From: Torpedo marmorata
Taxonomy: Eukaryota
DNA: 64,000 nucleotides
Assembly: GCA_977017645.1 (NCBI GenBank)
Contig: OZ360241.1
Span: 34,472,001-34,536,000, forward strand
Reading direction: 5' to 3'
Shown here: positions 63,347-64,000 of the stretch, in pieces
Numbering within the stretch: position 1 is the first letter of the stretch
How the letters are laid out: each line of letters starts with the position of its first letter
Program-made: the position numbers and the translations under genes
Notes under the pieces: generated by a model
The model's database searches: none
What the model was told of the DNA's origin: nothing
The model's input: the letters and a program-made list of their open reading frames with translations, nothing else

Positions 63347-64000
63347 GTAAGGGATCTTGATAACAATCCTGATAAATACTTGCTTCAACAGTGTGCTTTA
63401 CTTTCGTAAAATGACTTGACAATTTAAATGCATTTCCATTTCCCCATGGTAATTTCATCGTAAAATGGAAGGTTACTTAAGATGTTAATTCTGTGAAAAT
63501 TGATTCCCAAAGCAAAATTGTACATTTGCAAAGTGTTACACAAAGTCCATGCCTGTACTTGCAAATTCCTCGTGTGCCAAATGCATAATTGTGTGCAGGA
63601 GAATGGATGTGCACTGCCACATCCTGAGGCATTAAGCAAACATCAGCTCAGCAATTCCAGATTCCACAGGATATCTGCATGTTCCAAAGATATCGCTCTC
63701 TACTCAGGCAAGTGCTGCCCTTGAGTGCTTGTAAGTCCTGCTACAACAGTACTTGAGAGGAACAGGATCCTGGTCATCGATTACCATTCCTGAAATTTAC
63801 ATCCAATTCTGTTCCACGTAATGTGCTTTCCCAATATCGTAGCGCATTCTTGTGCAAAAGTATTAATTTTTTCTGAGCAAATAGCTTTTCAGAACAAATT
63901 AATTCCTCAGAAACTCAACAACACCAGAAGGCATGGACTTATTTGGCAAATCTAATTCAAACTAATAAATCAAACTATTTCAGGCAACGGAAATTGATAT

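Larger units (their letters stand above)
50331..64000 (+). repeat. ~6.85-kb tandem duplication of a two-SEA block, no PTS exons recognised
   Basis: 52399->59250 (6851 bp), 56188->63038 (6850 bp); introns near-identical. Confidence 0.92.

Overview
Eukaryotic (vertebrate) genomic DNA, most likely a cartilaginous fish (inferred from the V-SINE/HE1-like SINEs, CR1, Rex1 and L1 LINE content). The whole window lies inside one very large intron-rich + strand gene that encodes a mucin with MUC16-type SEA domains. No start, transmembrane or stop exon is visible. 1-8 kb holds a ~460/920-bp tandem array of symmetric phase-1 Thr/Ser-rich (PTS) exons of 153-159 bp, whose 3' members have lost splice sites. 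About 13-50.7 kb holds four ~9.6-9.8-kb tandem units, each with 3 PTS exons and 2 SEA modules. About 50.3-64 kb is a ~6.85-kb two-SEA repeat. In total there are 11 complete SEA modules and 1 partial one, each built from 4 exons (137/155/158, 68, 170 and 27 bp). Introns carry a solo LTR with nested Rex1 LINE and MITE, a decayed L1, CR1 fragments, SINEs, an hAT-type element with a visible empty site, VNTRs, and a palindromic element with minimal hammerhead-ribozyme-like motifs. Exon coordinates were read by eye from GT/AG sites and checked for frame. No database searches were run.
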